This document shows, one piece after another, positions 1 to 9,191 of a stretch of DNA of 64,000 bases. Numbering within the stretch: the first letter of the stretch is position 1; every line of letters starts with the position of its first letter. The stretch comes from an uncultured delta proteobacterium. GTDB lineage: Bacteria > Myxococcota_A > Polyangia > Polyangiales > Polyangiaceae. The translations under genes and the position numbers were made by a program. The notes beneath the pieces were generated by a model, which made no database searches, was not told the origin of the DNA, and worked only from the letters and a program-made list of their open reading frames with translations. Location of the stretch: positions 96,001 to 160,000 of the forward strand of contig CAWDXG010000004.1 in the NCBI GenBank assembly GCA_963806225.1, given 5' to 3'.

Positions 1-1
1 C

Positions 2-841
2 GGCAGCACGCCGCTACCTGCCACCCTCGCCCTGTCGCCCGGCAAGCACACGATCGAGGTGCAGCGTCCCGGCTACACCACGGCACGAAAGGACGTGAAG
101 CTCGGTGAAGGCGCCTCGGGCGAGGTCGCGCTGACACCGGTCCCCGATCCTTCCGCGCTCACTAGCGAGGGCGGCCGTCTCGCCCTCGACCTCTCCGAAA
201 GCGACGCCAGTGTCACCATCGACGGCAAGCCTCGCGGCCCCTACTCGGGGAGCATCCCCCTCGCCCGTGGGCCTCATCGCCTGCTCATCCAGCGCGCTGG
301 CTTCGACCCCTTCGAGCGCGTGGTCGACGTTCCCCACGGATCAACGGGTAACGTGAGCGTCCACCTCGTCCCGACGCCCGAGTACCGCGCGGCGTACGAG
401 AGCAAGGCACACGCATTCAGGACCTGGGGTTGGGTCGGCGTTATCAGCGGCGCGGTGGTAGCGGGAGCGGGTACCGGCTACCTCGTCTACAACGCTGGCA
501 AGAAGCACACCGCCCAGTCCGGCTTCGACCAGATAGTCACGGAACGCGACACCCAGAAGGGCCGTTGCGACTTGACGCACACTCCGGATAGCTGCGACGC
601 GCTCGTCCAGGCGTACTACCAGGTGCTGAAGGACGCGCGGGCGCGCGATGCCTACGGCTGGGTCGGCGTCGGTGTCGGGGCGGCGATACTCGGGACCGGC
701 GCCGTTCTGCTGATTACCGGCAACGACCCGCACCGCTACGACCGCGCATCGGAGGCCGACGAGCTTGGCCGGCTCCGCATCAAGCCGACCTTCAGCGCAG
801 GGCGAGGCGGCGGCAGCGTCGGCCTCGTGGGACGCTTCTAG
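2..841 (+). CDS. PEGA domain-containing protein, 5'-truncated by the window edge
   Basis: PEGA-like motifs (V.IDGK..G....IPLARGPHRLLIQRAGFDPF), two Gly/Val-rich hydrophobic segments and a C-terminal GGSVGLVGRF typical of myxobacterial PEGA proteins. The frame is open from the window start. Confidence 0.8.
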   Translation, partial: GSTPLPATLALSPGKHTIEVQRPGYTTARKDVKLGEGASGEVALTPVPDPSALTSEGGRLALDLSESDASVTIDGKPRGPYSGSIPLARGPHRLLIQRAGFDPFERVVDVPHGSTGNVSVHLVPTPEYRAAYESKAHAFRTWGWVGVISGAVVAGAGTGYLVYNAGKKHTAQSGFDQIVTERDTQKGRCDLTHTPDSCDALVQAYYQVLKDARARDAYGWVGVGVGAAILGTGAVLLITGNDPHRYDRASEADELGRLRIKPTFSAGRGGGSVGLVGRF

Positions 842-3210
842 CGACAGCCGAACTCGCGGAAGTGCGGCTTCTTGTCATTGTAGCCGCCGGCGACCGCGAA
901 CTTCGTGCCATCGGTAGCAAGCGTCACGTTCCCCAGGGCCGTCAACGACGCCGGATACACGGCGTCGTGCACCTCGATCGGCTCGTCGAGCTTGCCGTGG
1001 GCCACGACGAGCTCGATGACGTTGCCCTGCTGCAGCGCGAATAGCGCAGTGTCGCCAACACCAACGCCATCCGCGTCCGTCGGCGTGGCAAAGCCGGAGA
1101 CGGTCTTGCCGACCGTCCCGTCGTCCGCGATGAACGTCGCGTTCCTGACGCCTGCGTAGTACCACAAGGCGATGAACCCGCCGTTGACGGGCGCGAGGCC
1201 GTACACATCCCGCGCGCTCGTGCCACTGGCGAGCGCCACCGGGCCAGCCACGATGCTGCCCGGGCCAAGCGTGGCGAAATCCACCTCGGTGGCGGTCGCA
1301 TACAGCGCTGCCGAGACCGCCTTGCCGTGCGCGACGCGCAGCCGATTGCCGCCGATTACGCCCAGCGTGACGGGGTCGACGATATTTCCCGCGGTCGTGA
1401 TGTGCGCCACCATGCCTACCCTGCCGCCAGCAGAGCCCGCATAGCCGACCAGATAGTCGGTGCCCGTCCACACCACCTCGCCGTCGATCACGTCGTTCGA
1501 GTTGCCGTCGGACGCTAGCTTGACGACCTTCACCTTGTTCATCGAGCTGTCGAACAGCGCGGCGTAGGGCGCGTTCCAACCGGTCAGGACGAGTGTCGTG
1601 TCCGGGCCCGAGGCCACGTCCCTGAGGTACAGGTTGTTGTAGTTGACGTCGGTCTCGTCGAAGATCAGCTTGGGCCCGGAGAGCAGGGTGCCGGTATCGT
1701 CGTAGGTACTGGCGAAGGCGCCCGTGTACCCTCCCGCGAATCCGAAACGCCCGATCGCGATCCACTGGCCGCCCATGCGGGTAAGCAGCGAGTCCTCGAG
1801 CCCGTAGTCAGCGCCGCCGTCAATGGTCGGGATCTTCGTGAACGCGGTCATCTCGATGCCTGTGGGCAGCCGCGCGCTGTCGTCCACGAGCCCGTTGCAG
1901 TTGTCGTCCTTGCCGTCGCAGAGCTCCGGCGCGCCGAGATACACCTTCGGGTCCGAGTCGTCGCAGTCGGTCCCGCCGCAGCCCGGGTCGAGCTGTCCGT
2001 CCTTGTCGACGTCCTGGCCGGCCTGTGTCACCTGCGCGCAGGTCTGTGCAGTCTCGTCGCACACGTCCTTGATGCAGGACGTGTGGCTGTTGCAGGGGGT
2101 GTCGAGCGCAGGAGCGCAGCAACCCTGGACGCAGCGCTCCTGCCCGTTGCACCACACGCCGTCCTGACAGTCGAAGTTCGACGAGCAGGCCGTGCATGTG
2201 CCGCCGCCGTCGGTCGTGGTCCCGCCGTCGGTCGTGGTCCCGCCGTCGGTCGTCTTGCCACAGACCGGCCCGGTCACGCACTGGTTCTGGAAACAACACG
2301 TGCCGGCCAGCGCGCAATCGATGTTCGTGACGCATTCGTACACGCACTTGCCCAGCAGGCTGCACACGAGCGGCGGGTTGCAGTCGCTGGCGAGAGAGCA
2401 CGCCTGGCCGTAGCCAGGCGGCGCACCGTCCGGTGCCTTGGGCTTGCACGCACAGCCGTCGCAGACGTCGCCGGAGGAGCAGTCGACGTTGCTCTTGCAC
2501 TCGCAGCGGCAGTTGCCCGCGCTGCAGACCTGCCCCGCCGCGCAGTCGGAGTCGTAGACGCATCCAGTGCTCGCGTCGGCCCCCGCGTCCGCGCTGCCGG
2601 TGCTGCCCGCCGTGCACCTGGAACCCTTGCACACTTCTCCAGCGTGGCAGTCGCGGTCCTCCACGCACTCGGCGCGGCACAGCGAGAACAGGCAAACCAG
2701 TGGGTCGGGGCAATCGCTGTTGCGAACGCATGGCGTCCCGGTTCCGCCGTCGTCGCCCCCGTTGCCCGGCGCGACTGGCAACTGGCCCGTGGCGGGATCC
2801 ACCTCGGTCTTGTCGGCACAGGTGCCGCTGGTGCAGACCTGCCCGGGAATGCAGTCCCGCTCGGTGGCGCACTGATCCCGGCACTGGGCATCGACGCCAC
2901 AGATCATGTTGGGCGGACAGTCGCTGTTGTGGACGCAATCGCGTTCGACGGCGAGTTGGCAGACCCGGAAGGGCCGGTCGGACGCCACGCAGCGTTCGCC
3001 GTCGGGGCAGTCGCGCGAGTCCTGGCACTCGTTGTGGCAGCGGCGGAATGCGCACACCAGCGGCGTGGCGCAGTCGGTGTTGATGGCGCACCCTTCCGAT
3101 AGCTTGGCAGCCTTTATCGCGTCACCGCCGTTGCCACAGGCGGTAGAGAGCAGCGCTCCCACGCCGAAAAGCATCCCCGCCTGCACAAGCCGTCGCCACG
3201 GTCCCGACAT
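838..3210 (-). CDS. Cys-rich repeat lipoprotein with a putative metal-binding (MopE-like) motif and a C-terminal beta-rich domain
   Basis: Lipobox-like LSTAC; many C-x2-(N/D)-x-DC-x5-C repeats; DCDDSDPKVYLGAPELCDGKDDNCNG motif; RBS AAGGGAGG upstream; stop overlaps the convergent gene's stop in a CTAG palindrome. Confidence 0.8.
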   Translation of the reverse strand: MSGPWRRLVQAGMLFGVGALLSTACGNGGDAIKAAKLSEGCAINTDCATPLVCAFRRCHNECQDSRDCPDGERCVASDRPFRVCQLAVERDCVHNSDCPPNMICGVDAQCRDQCATERDCIPGQVCTSGTCADKTEVDPATGQLPVAPGNGGDDGGTGTPCVRNSDCPDPLVCLFSLCRAECVEDRDCHAGEVCKGSRCTAGSTGSADAGADASTGCVYDSDCAAGQVCSAGNCRCECKSNVDCSSGDVCDGCACKPKAPDGAPPGYGQACSLASDCNPPLVCSLLGKCVYECVTNIDCALAGTCCFQNQCVTGPVCGKTTDGGTTTDGGTTTDGGGTCTACSSNFDCQDGVWCNGQERCVQGCCAPALDTPCNSHTSCIKDVCDETAQTCAQVTQAGQDVDKDGQLDPGCGGTDCDDSDPKVYLGAPELCDGKDDNCNGLVDDSARLPTGIEMTAFTKIPTIDGGADYGLEDSLLTRMGGQWIAIGRFGFAGGYTGAFASTYDDTGTLLSGPKLIFDETDVNYNNLYLRDVASGPDTTLVLTGWNAPYAALFDSSMNKVKVVKLASDGNSNDVIDGEVVWTGTDYLVGYAGSAGGRVGMVAHITTAGNIVDPVTLGVIGGNRLRVAHGKAVSAALYATATEVDFATLGPGSIVAGPVALASGTSARDVYGLAPVNGGFIALWYYAGVRNATFIADDGTVGKTVSGFATPTDADGVGVGDTALFALQQGNVIELVVAHGKLDEPIEVHDAVYPASLTALGNVTLATDGTKFAVAGGYNDKKPHFREFGCR
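2204..2253. repeat. 18-bp coding tandem repeat, about 2.8 copies (TTTDGG linker)
   Basis: CCGCCGTCGGTCGTGGTC repeated head to tail. Confidence 0.85.
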
Positions 3211-3378
3211 CGCGTCCTCCCTTACCGGCGCGGCGCCAGCCCATTGGACTCCACGCGGTCAGCTTCGCAGTGTAGGCAAAATCACCCACGTTGGATACCC
3301 CCCCAAGCAATCGGCTCGCGCACGGCGGGGCGGGCGGGCGGGCGGGCCGCCATCGTGTCCTCGGGGGCTCGGGTACAG

Positions 3379-3407
3379 TTGACGAGCCTTCCGCGTTGCT
3401 TCATCCT
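3379..3407 (+). promoter_or_regulatory. Putative sigma70-type promoter for the leader-MATE transcript
   Basis: TTGACG-N17-CATCCT just upstream of a GAGGA RBS and ATG 3429. Confidence 0.5.
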
Positions 3408-3428
3408 GACCGTTCGAGGACGAACTCC

Positions 3429-3527
3429 ATGTCCAGCATCGCGATCACCATGTGCGCCACGTACCCGCTCCCGCAGGGGCGCGGTTTCGTGGACGTCGTG
3501 CGCGCGGCAGGAGGTGGATTCGTCTAG
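3429..3527 (+). CDS. Putative 32-aa leader peptide (MSSIAITMCATYPLPQGRGFVDVVRAAGGGFV)
   Basis: GAGGA RBS 8 nt before ATG; mostly GC3-rich codons; stop 27 nt before a terminator hairpin that precedes the MATE gene. Confidence 0.65.
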   Translation: MSSIAITMCATYPLPQGRGFVDVVRAAGGGFV

Positions 3528-3554
3528 CTGATTCAACAGAGCGATCCCTCGTTG

Positions 3555-3590
3555 CCGCGGCACCCACCCTGGGTCCCGCGGTTTTTTTTT
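3555..3590 (+). terminator. Intrinsic terminator (attenuator) upstream of the MATE gene
   Basis: CCGCGG-C-ACCCA-ccc-TGGGT-C-CCGCGG stem followed by T9. Confidence 0.85.
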
Positions 3591-3649
3591 GCCTTGGCGG
3601 TCCGGAGCGAGGCGGCCGCCGCGATTCGAACCGCAGAAAGGAGCGCAAA

Positions 3650-5029
3650 ATGGCGCACAGAGAGACCCTCTACTGGAAACGGAAACCCTTCCCCGAGTTG
3701 GTGCGGCTGGCGTGGCCGATCGCGGTCTCGATGCTCTCGTACAGCATCATGACCTTGACCGACACGCTGTTCGTCGGCCGGCTCGGGGCGTCTCGGCTTG
3801 CAGGCGTGGGACTCGGTGGCGTCGCCGGGTTCGCGATCCTGTGTTTTGGATCCGGACTTGTGCGCGGCGTGAAAGTGCTCGTTTCCCAGGCCGTCGGCGC
3901 GGGGCGCCGGCACGAGCTGCCCGCGCTCGTGGGCGCGGGTGTGATCAGCTCACTCGGGCTGGGCGCCGTCGTGGTGGTTGTCGGGCGGGCCATGGCGCAC
4001 CTGCTCCCGGGGTTGAGTGTCGACCCCGAAGCCGGCTCGCTCGCCGCCGTCTATCTGGGCATCCGCATACTCGGTGCACCGCTGTTCCTGCTGGGCGCGG
4101 CGCTGCGCGAGTCGCGCTACGGAATGGGTGACACCCGCGTTCCCATGATCGCGGCGGTCGTCGCCAACATCGCCAACGTGCCGCTCGACGCGTTGCTCAT
4201 CTTCGGGTTGCATCTGGGTGTTCCCGGCGCGGCCTGGGCAACGGTGATCGCGTCGGCCGTGCAGACCGCGATCCTGCTTGGCGGACAGCTGCTCGGCGAC
4301 GGGCTGCATCTGTCGCTCGTCCGCCGCGAGCACCTGCTCGACCTGTGGCACATCGGCGCACCACTCGGCGTGCAGATGCTGCTCGAGGTAGGCTCGTTCG
4401 CGACGCTGGTGGTGATCCTGGCGCGCATCGGCGAGGTCGACCTCGCGGCGCATCAGATCGCGCTGCAGCTAACGCACTTGTCGTTCCTGCCAGCGCTCGC
4501 GCTCGGCGAAGCGGCGTCGGTGCTTACCGGACAAGCCGTCGGAGCCGGCGAGGACCAGCTCGTCCGGCGCGTGGCGCACCGCGCGCTCGCGGCCTCCGCC
4601 GTCTACACCGGCGCGTGCGCCGTCGGGTTCGTCGTGGCGGCGCGCGGCATCACCGCCTTGTTCACACCGGACCCGGCGGTCCAGTCACTGGCAGTGAAGC
4701 TCCTATACGTCGCGGCCGCCTTCCAGCTGTTCGACGGCGCCAACGTCGTCGCGCGCTCGGTGCTGCGCGGCACCGGCGACGTGCGCTATCCGGCCATCAT
4801 CGCGGTCAGCACGGCATGGCTCTGCACACCCCCGCTCACGGCCCTGCTCGCCATCGGGCTCGGGCTCGGAGCACTGGGCGGCTGGCTGGGGTTGTGTGCG
4901 GAGATCTGCGTGGGGGCGCTGCTGCTCTGGTGGCGCCTCGAGCGGTGCCAATGGCAGCCGTGGGCCGAACGCTCGCGCCGTCGGCTGGCGCAGCAGCGGC
5001 GTCGCCGGCCCATGCCGGTCCCGGCGTGA
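3650..5029 (+). CDS. MATE family efflux transporter (NorM-like)
   Basis: LVRLAWPI...TDTLFVGRLG, AAHQIA and LRGTGD motifs; about 12 TM segments; RBS GAAAGGAG before ATG 3650. Confidence 0.92.
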   Translation: MAHRETLYWKRKPFPELVRLAWPIAVSMLSYSIMTLTDTLFVGRLGASRLAGVGLGGVAGFAILCFGSGLVRGVKVLVSQAVGAGRRHELPALVGAGVISSLGLGAVVVVVGRAMAHLLPGLSVDPEAGSLAAVYLGIRILGAPLFLLGAALRESRYGMGDTRVPMIAAVVANIANVPLDALLIFGLHLGVPGAAWATVIASAVQTAILLGGQLLGDGLHLSLVRREHLLDLWHIGAPLGVQMLLEVGSFATLVVILARIGEVDLAAHQIALQLTHLSFLPALALGEAASVLTGQAVGAGEDQLVRRVAHRALAASAVYTGACAVGFVVAARGITALFTPDPAVQSLAVKLLYVAAAFQLFDGANVVARSVLRGTGDVRYPAIIAVSTAWLCTPPLTALLAIGLGLGALGGWLGLCAEICVGALLLWWRLERCQWQPWAERSRRRLAQQRRRRPMPVPA

Positions 5030-5078
5030 TCCGGTCGAGGGGCGCCACCCGGGAGAAGGCTCGTTGGCCGGCAGACCG

Positions 5079-6254
5079 CTAGGCGGCGGGCAAAGAGACC
5101 TTGAACCTGACGCCGAGCCCAGCGTTCTCGGCGTGGAGCGTTCCGTCATGCTGTTCGACAATGCGTTCGGAGATGCTCAGACCGAGACCCGAACCCTGGT
5201 CGTCGCTACCGTGGAACGGATCGAACAGGTGTTCGAGCTCGTCCTCCGGGATCGGCGGGCCGTCGTTCTCGATGCACAGCGCGTGCATGCGGCGCTCTCC
5301 GTGCTCGACATCCGGGACGACCGAGACCCTGATCCGCCCGCTGCGATCGCCGATTGCCCTGACCCCGTTGAGTGCGATATTGAGCGCCACCTGCGCGAGC
5401 TGATCGCGGTCGCCCTCTACCATCACGGGCTCCTCCGGCAGTTCTTGTTCGATACTGACGTCCTTCTTCCGTGCGTCGGTGCCGATCAGCTCGGTCAGTC
5501 GCCGCGCGACGTCGCAGAGGTCGATCGGACCCGCTGCGATAGGGTGCGGCCGCGCGAATGAGAGAAAGCGCTCCGCGACGCGCTCGAGCCGCGCCAGCTC
5601 CGAAACGTGGATCTCCCAGAGCCGCCGTTCCTCGGCGTCGGCCGGGATCAGCGGATCGACGATTTCCGCCGTGCCCCGGAGCGAGTGCAGCGGATTCTTG
5701 ATCTCGTGCGCGATGCCGGCCACCACCTCGCCCAGCGCTCCGAGGCGTCCGGCACGCACCAGCTGGCGCTGCAGCCGCCGCTGTTCCTCGAGCGCGGTCT
5801 CGAGCTCCGCACGGCGTTTCCACTCCGAATCGGCAAGGTAGCCGGCCACCACGGCGACCAGGTTGTACAGAACCACCTCGAGCGACTTCTCCAGCGAATC
5901 GGCGGGGTCCATGTGCGCCATCGGGCCGAGATGCAGGAACGCGTGCGGAAGGTAGCTGAGCGAAACGAGTCCGGCTGCGATCAGGCCACCCCGGAGGCCC
6001 GCCAGGAAGGCCGCGAAGATGATCGGCAGGTAGTACAATCGGCGCAGCACGTCGTGCACCCACATGTGCTGGGCTTCGGTGCCGTAGTGCAGCACGCTGA
6101 TGACGACGATCGGCAGCCACACCAGGAGCAGCATCCGGGTCGACAGGAGCGGCGGGCGCTGCTCGTCGCGGCGCCACAGCGAGCGGCGCGGCGCCGGGTC
6201 CCGGGCTTCTCCCGCCGCGCCGGCTTGCCGCGGGCTATTCCCGGCTGATTCCAT
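5079..6254 (-). CDS. Membrane sensor histidine kinase
   Basis: H-box AHEIKNPL, N-box LNIALNG, DGPPI and GSGLGL boxes; His/Met-rich multi-TM N-terminus. Start is approximate. Confidence 0.9.
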   Translation of the reverse strand: MESAGNSPRQAGAAGEARDPAPRRSLWRRDEQRPPLLSTRMLLLVWLPIVVISVLHYGTEAQHMWVHDVLRRLYYLPIIFAAFLAGLRGGLIAAGLVSLSYLPHAFLHLGPMAHMDPADSLEKSLEVVLYNLVAVVAGYLADSEWKRRAELETALEEQRRLQRQLVRAGRLGALGEVVAGIAHEIKNPLHSLRGTAEIVDPLIPADAEERRLWEIHVSELARLERVAERFLSFARPHPIAAGPIDLCDVARRLTELIGTDARKKDVSIEQELPEEPVMVEGDRDQLAQVALNIALNGVRAIGDRSGRIRVSVVPDVEHGERRMHALCIENDGPPIPEDELEHLFDPFHGSDDQGSGLGLSISERIVEQHDGTLHAENAGLGVRFKVSLPAA

Positions 6255-7606
6255 ATTTGGCCATCCGGTACGCCAGGATGTGTCGCGGCACACCGAGGTA
6301 CGTAGCGGCCTGCGTCACGTTGCCGTTCTTCAGCGCGAGCACACGTTTGATGACGCGCTTTTCGAGATCGACCAGGTCGAGGCCGTCCTTGGGCAGTGGC
6401 GGCCAGGAATCCAGGGTGGCGCCCGTGCCCGCCTGCGTTCCGCCGCTCCCCGGTTCGCGGGGAGGTAGGTCCTCCTGCGAGAGCGTGTCGCCGCGGCACA
6501 GGATCACCAGCCGCTCGCAGGCGTTCTCGAGCTGGCGCACGTTGCCGGGCCAGGGGCGGGCGCGCATCTCCGCGATCAGCTCGTCGGGGACGACCAGATC
6601 GCGACTACCCGCAAGTCGTTCGACGAAGTGACGCACCAGCGGCTCGATCTCTTCCGTGCGTTCGGAGAGCGGTGGCACGCGGATCTCGACGACGTTCAGG
6701 CGGTAGAGCAGATCCTCGCGGAAGACGCCCTCGCGTGCGCGCGCCGGCAGATCCTGGTTCGTCGCAGCAACCACGCGCACGTCGACCGGGACCGGAGTGT
6801 CTCCGCCGACGACGTCGACCACGTGCTCCTGAAGCACGCGCAGGAGCTTGCCCTGCAACGGCGAAGGCAGCTCGCCGATTTCGTCGAGAAACAGCGTGCC
6901 GGTGTCGGCCTGGCGGAAACGGCCGGGACGCGCGCGCGTCGCGCCGGTGAAGGCGCCCCGTTCGTGTCCGAACAGCTCGCTCTCCAGCAACTCGGCGGGC
7001 ACGGCTGCGCAGTTGATGGCGACAAAGGGCCGTTCGGCACGATTGCTGCGCGCATGGACGCGCCGCGCAACCAGCTCCTTGCCCGTCCCCGTCTCGCCGG
7101 TGATGAGCACGCTGGCGTCGCTCTGGGCAACGCGGTCGGCGATGTCGAGCACGCGTTCCATCGCCTTGGATTCGACGACCAGCTCCCGCTCGATTCCGCG
7201 CGTCTTGCGCCGGAGGTCCTGCACCTCCTCGCCCAGCGCGTGGTGCTCGAGGGCGCGCTGGACGCTGAGCAGCAGATGCTCGCGGTTGAACGGCTTGCCG
7301 ATGAAGTCGTAGGCGCCCTGTTTCATCGCGTCCACGGCCACGTCGACGCTGCCGTAGGCCGTGATCACCAGCACCGGCAGGTCGGGAGCCTGCTTCTTGA
7401 TGCGCGGCGAGGACCTGCATGCCGCTCATGCCGGGCATCTTCAAGTCCGTGATGACCAGCGCGTAGCGGTCCGCGGAAAACAGCTCGAGCGCCTGTTCGC
7501 CGGTCTCCGCCGCGTCGGCCTCGTAGCCGGCCTTGCGCAGGTTGTACAGGCCGAGCTCGCGCCCGGAGGCGTCGTCCTCGACGAAAAGGATGCGGGCTTT
7601 GCCCAT
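6235..7606 (-). CDS. Sigma-54-dependent response regulator (NtrC/AtoC/ZraR family), one frameshift near 7405
   Basis: Receiver domain (ILFVEDD...TDLKMP), Walker [30 protein letters not shown] and a Fis-type HTH. Confidence 0.92.
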
Positions 7607-7797
7607 GGGGCCGGTACCTGCAGGGAGTGGACCAGGCGCCGCGACCTCCGAGAAGCCGGCCAGCGCCCACGTACCCTACTTTCGCATGGCACGCGAGTTG
7701 AGGATATTCCCGGACGCGGTTGACAATTGTCGGACCCGGCGGGGCCCGCACGGGCAATTCCGGGACGTGGGGGACACGGGGGGCTGCCGGCGTGCGC

Positions 7798-7813
7798 CGG
7801 CACAGCGCTTGCT
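7798..7813 (+). promoter_or_regulatory. Candidate sigma-54 -24/-12 promoter of the TolC gene
   Basis: CGGCACAGCGCTTGCT with correct GG/GC spacing. A second, weaker candidate TGGCACGCGAGTTGA lies at 7687-7701. Confidence 0.5.
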
Positions 7814-7827
7814 GCCGGGGAGAACCG

Positions 7828-9188
7828 TGAACCGGCTTCTGGTGCTTGGCGTCCTATGTATGCTCGCTGGCGGCTGCGCGTCGCGGCTCGAGCAGACGAA
7901 CCGCTCCGAGCTCGGCGCAGCCGAGGCGCGCATGGCGCCGCCCCGGGGCGAGCAGCGCGGCAAGCCGGCGCACTTCGACGGGAGCCTGGACGGCTACGTC
8001 CACTACGCCCTGGAGAACAGTCCGTCGCTCCGGGCCAGCTATGCCGACTGGCGCGCCGCGACCGAGCGCGTGCCGCAGGCGCGGCGTCTGCCGGATCCGG
8101 TGTTCTCCTACACGTACTTCGTTCGCAGTGTCGAGACGCGTGTGGGTCCGCAGTTGCACAAGTTCGGTATCTCGCAGGCCTTCCCCTGGCCGACCAAGCT
8201 GACCGACGGTGCGGACGCGGCCGAGCTCGCCGCCCGGAGCGCCCGGAAGCGCTCCGAAGCCGTCGCTCTCGGGGTGCGGAGGCGCGTCGCAGTGGCCTTC
8301 TGGCGGCTTTGGCGCATCCAGCGCACGCGCGAGGTGGAAAAGGACCAGAAAACGCTTCTGGTCCAGTTCGCGCAGCTCGTGAAGAGCCGTGTGGAAGTCG
8401 ACCAGGCAACGCTGGCGGATCTTTCGCAGATCAGCCTGGACGAATCCCGCATCGTCGACAAGCTGGCCGGGCTCGACGAGGACGAGCGCTCGGCGAGCGC
8501 CGCGCTGGTCGCAGCCGTGGGTGCGCCCGACGGGACGAAGACGCCGATCGCGAAGCAGCCACCGCCGCTGGTGCTACCGGCGGACGACCAGAAGTCCCTG
8601 CTCACCGCGGCCATGTCGCATCCGCGGGTGCGCGCGCTGGCATTGATGGCCCAGAGCAGGAGCGAGCAGGCCGACAGCGCCGGGGCCGACCGCTATCCGG
8701 GCTTTGTGGTCGGCGCGGACTACATCGTGACCGGGCCCGCCCGGATGCCCAACGTTCCCGACAGCGGCAAGGACCCGATCGCCGTCATGCTGTCGGTGAA
8801 GCTGCCGATCTGGAGCGGCGCATACGGCGCAGAGGAGGCCCAGTCGGAAGCGGAAAGCGCGGCGTTCCGCGCGCGCGAGTCGGCGGCACGCGACGACGCC
8901 GCGGCGGCGCTGGAGAAGGCGGAGTCGGACGTGCGGGACGCCGCGCGGCGCGCGAAGCTCTACCGCGAGACACTGGTGCCCCAGGCCCGGGTTGTCTATC
9001 GCTCGACGCTCAGCAGCTACCAGACGAACCGCTCGGGGCTAGCCAACGTGCTGATCGCCGAGCGCGACCTGCTCGATCTGCGCATCAAGCTGATCGGGGC
9101 GCGCGCCGATCACGCCGTGGCCTGGGCGACTCTGGCCGAGATCGTGGGGCGTCCGCTGCATCCGCGCCCTGCGGGCGGCGGGCACTGA
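7828..9188 (+). CDS. TolC family outer-membrane efflux lipoprotein (heavy-metal efflux type)
   Basis: Lipobox LAGGC; ALENSPSL...LPDP...ETRVGPQ...ISQAFPWP; KLPIW; two OEP-like helical repeats; GGGGAG RBS before GTG. Confidence 0.85.
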
Positions 9189-9191
9189 CTC

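Noticed and set aside
3452..3649. N-terminal extension of the MATE ORF from 3452
   Set aside because: It would run through the terminator and T9 tract; the strong RBS supports ATG 3650.
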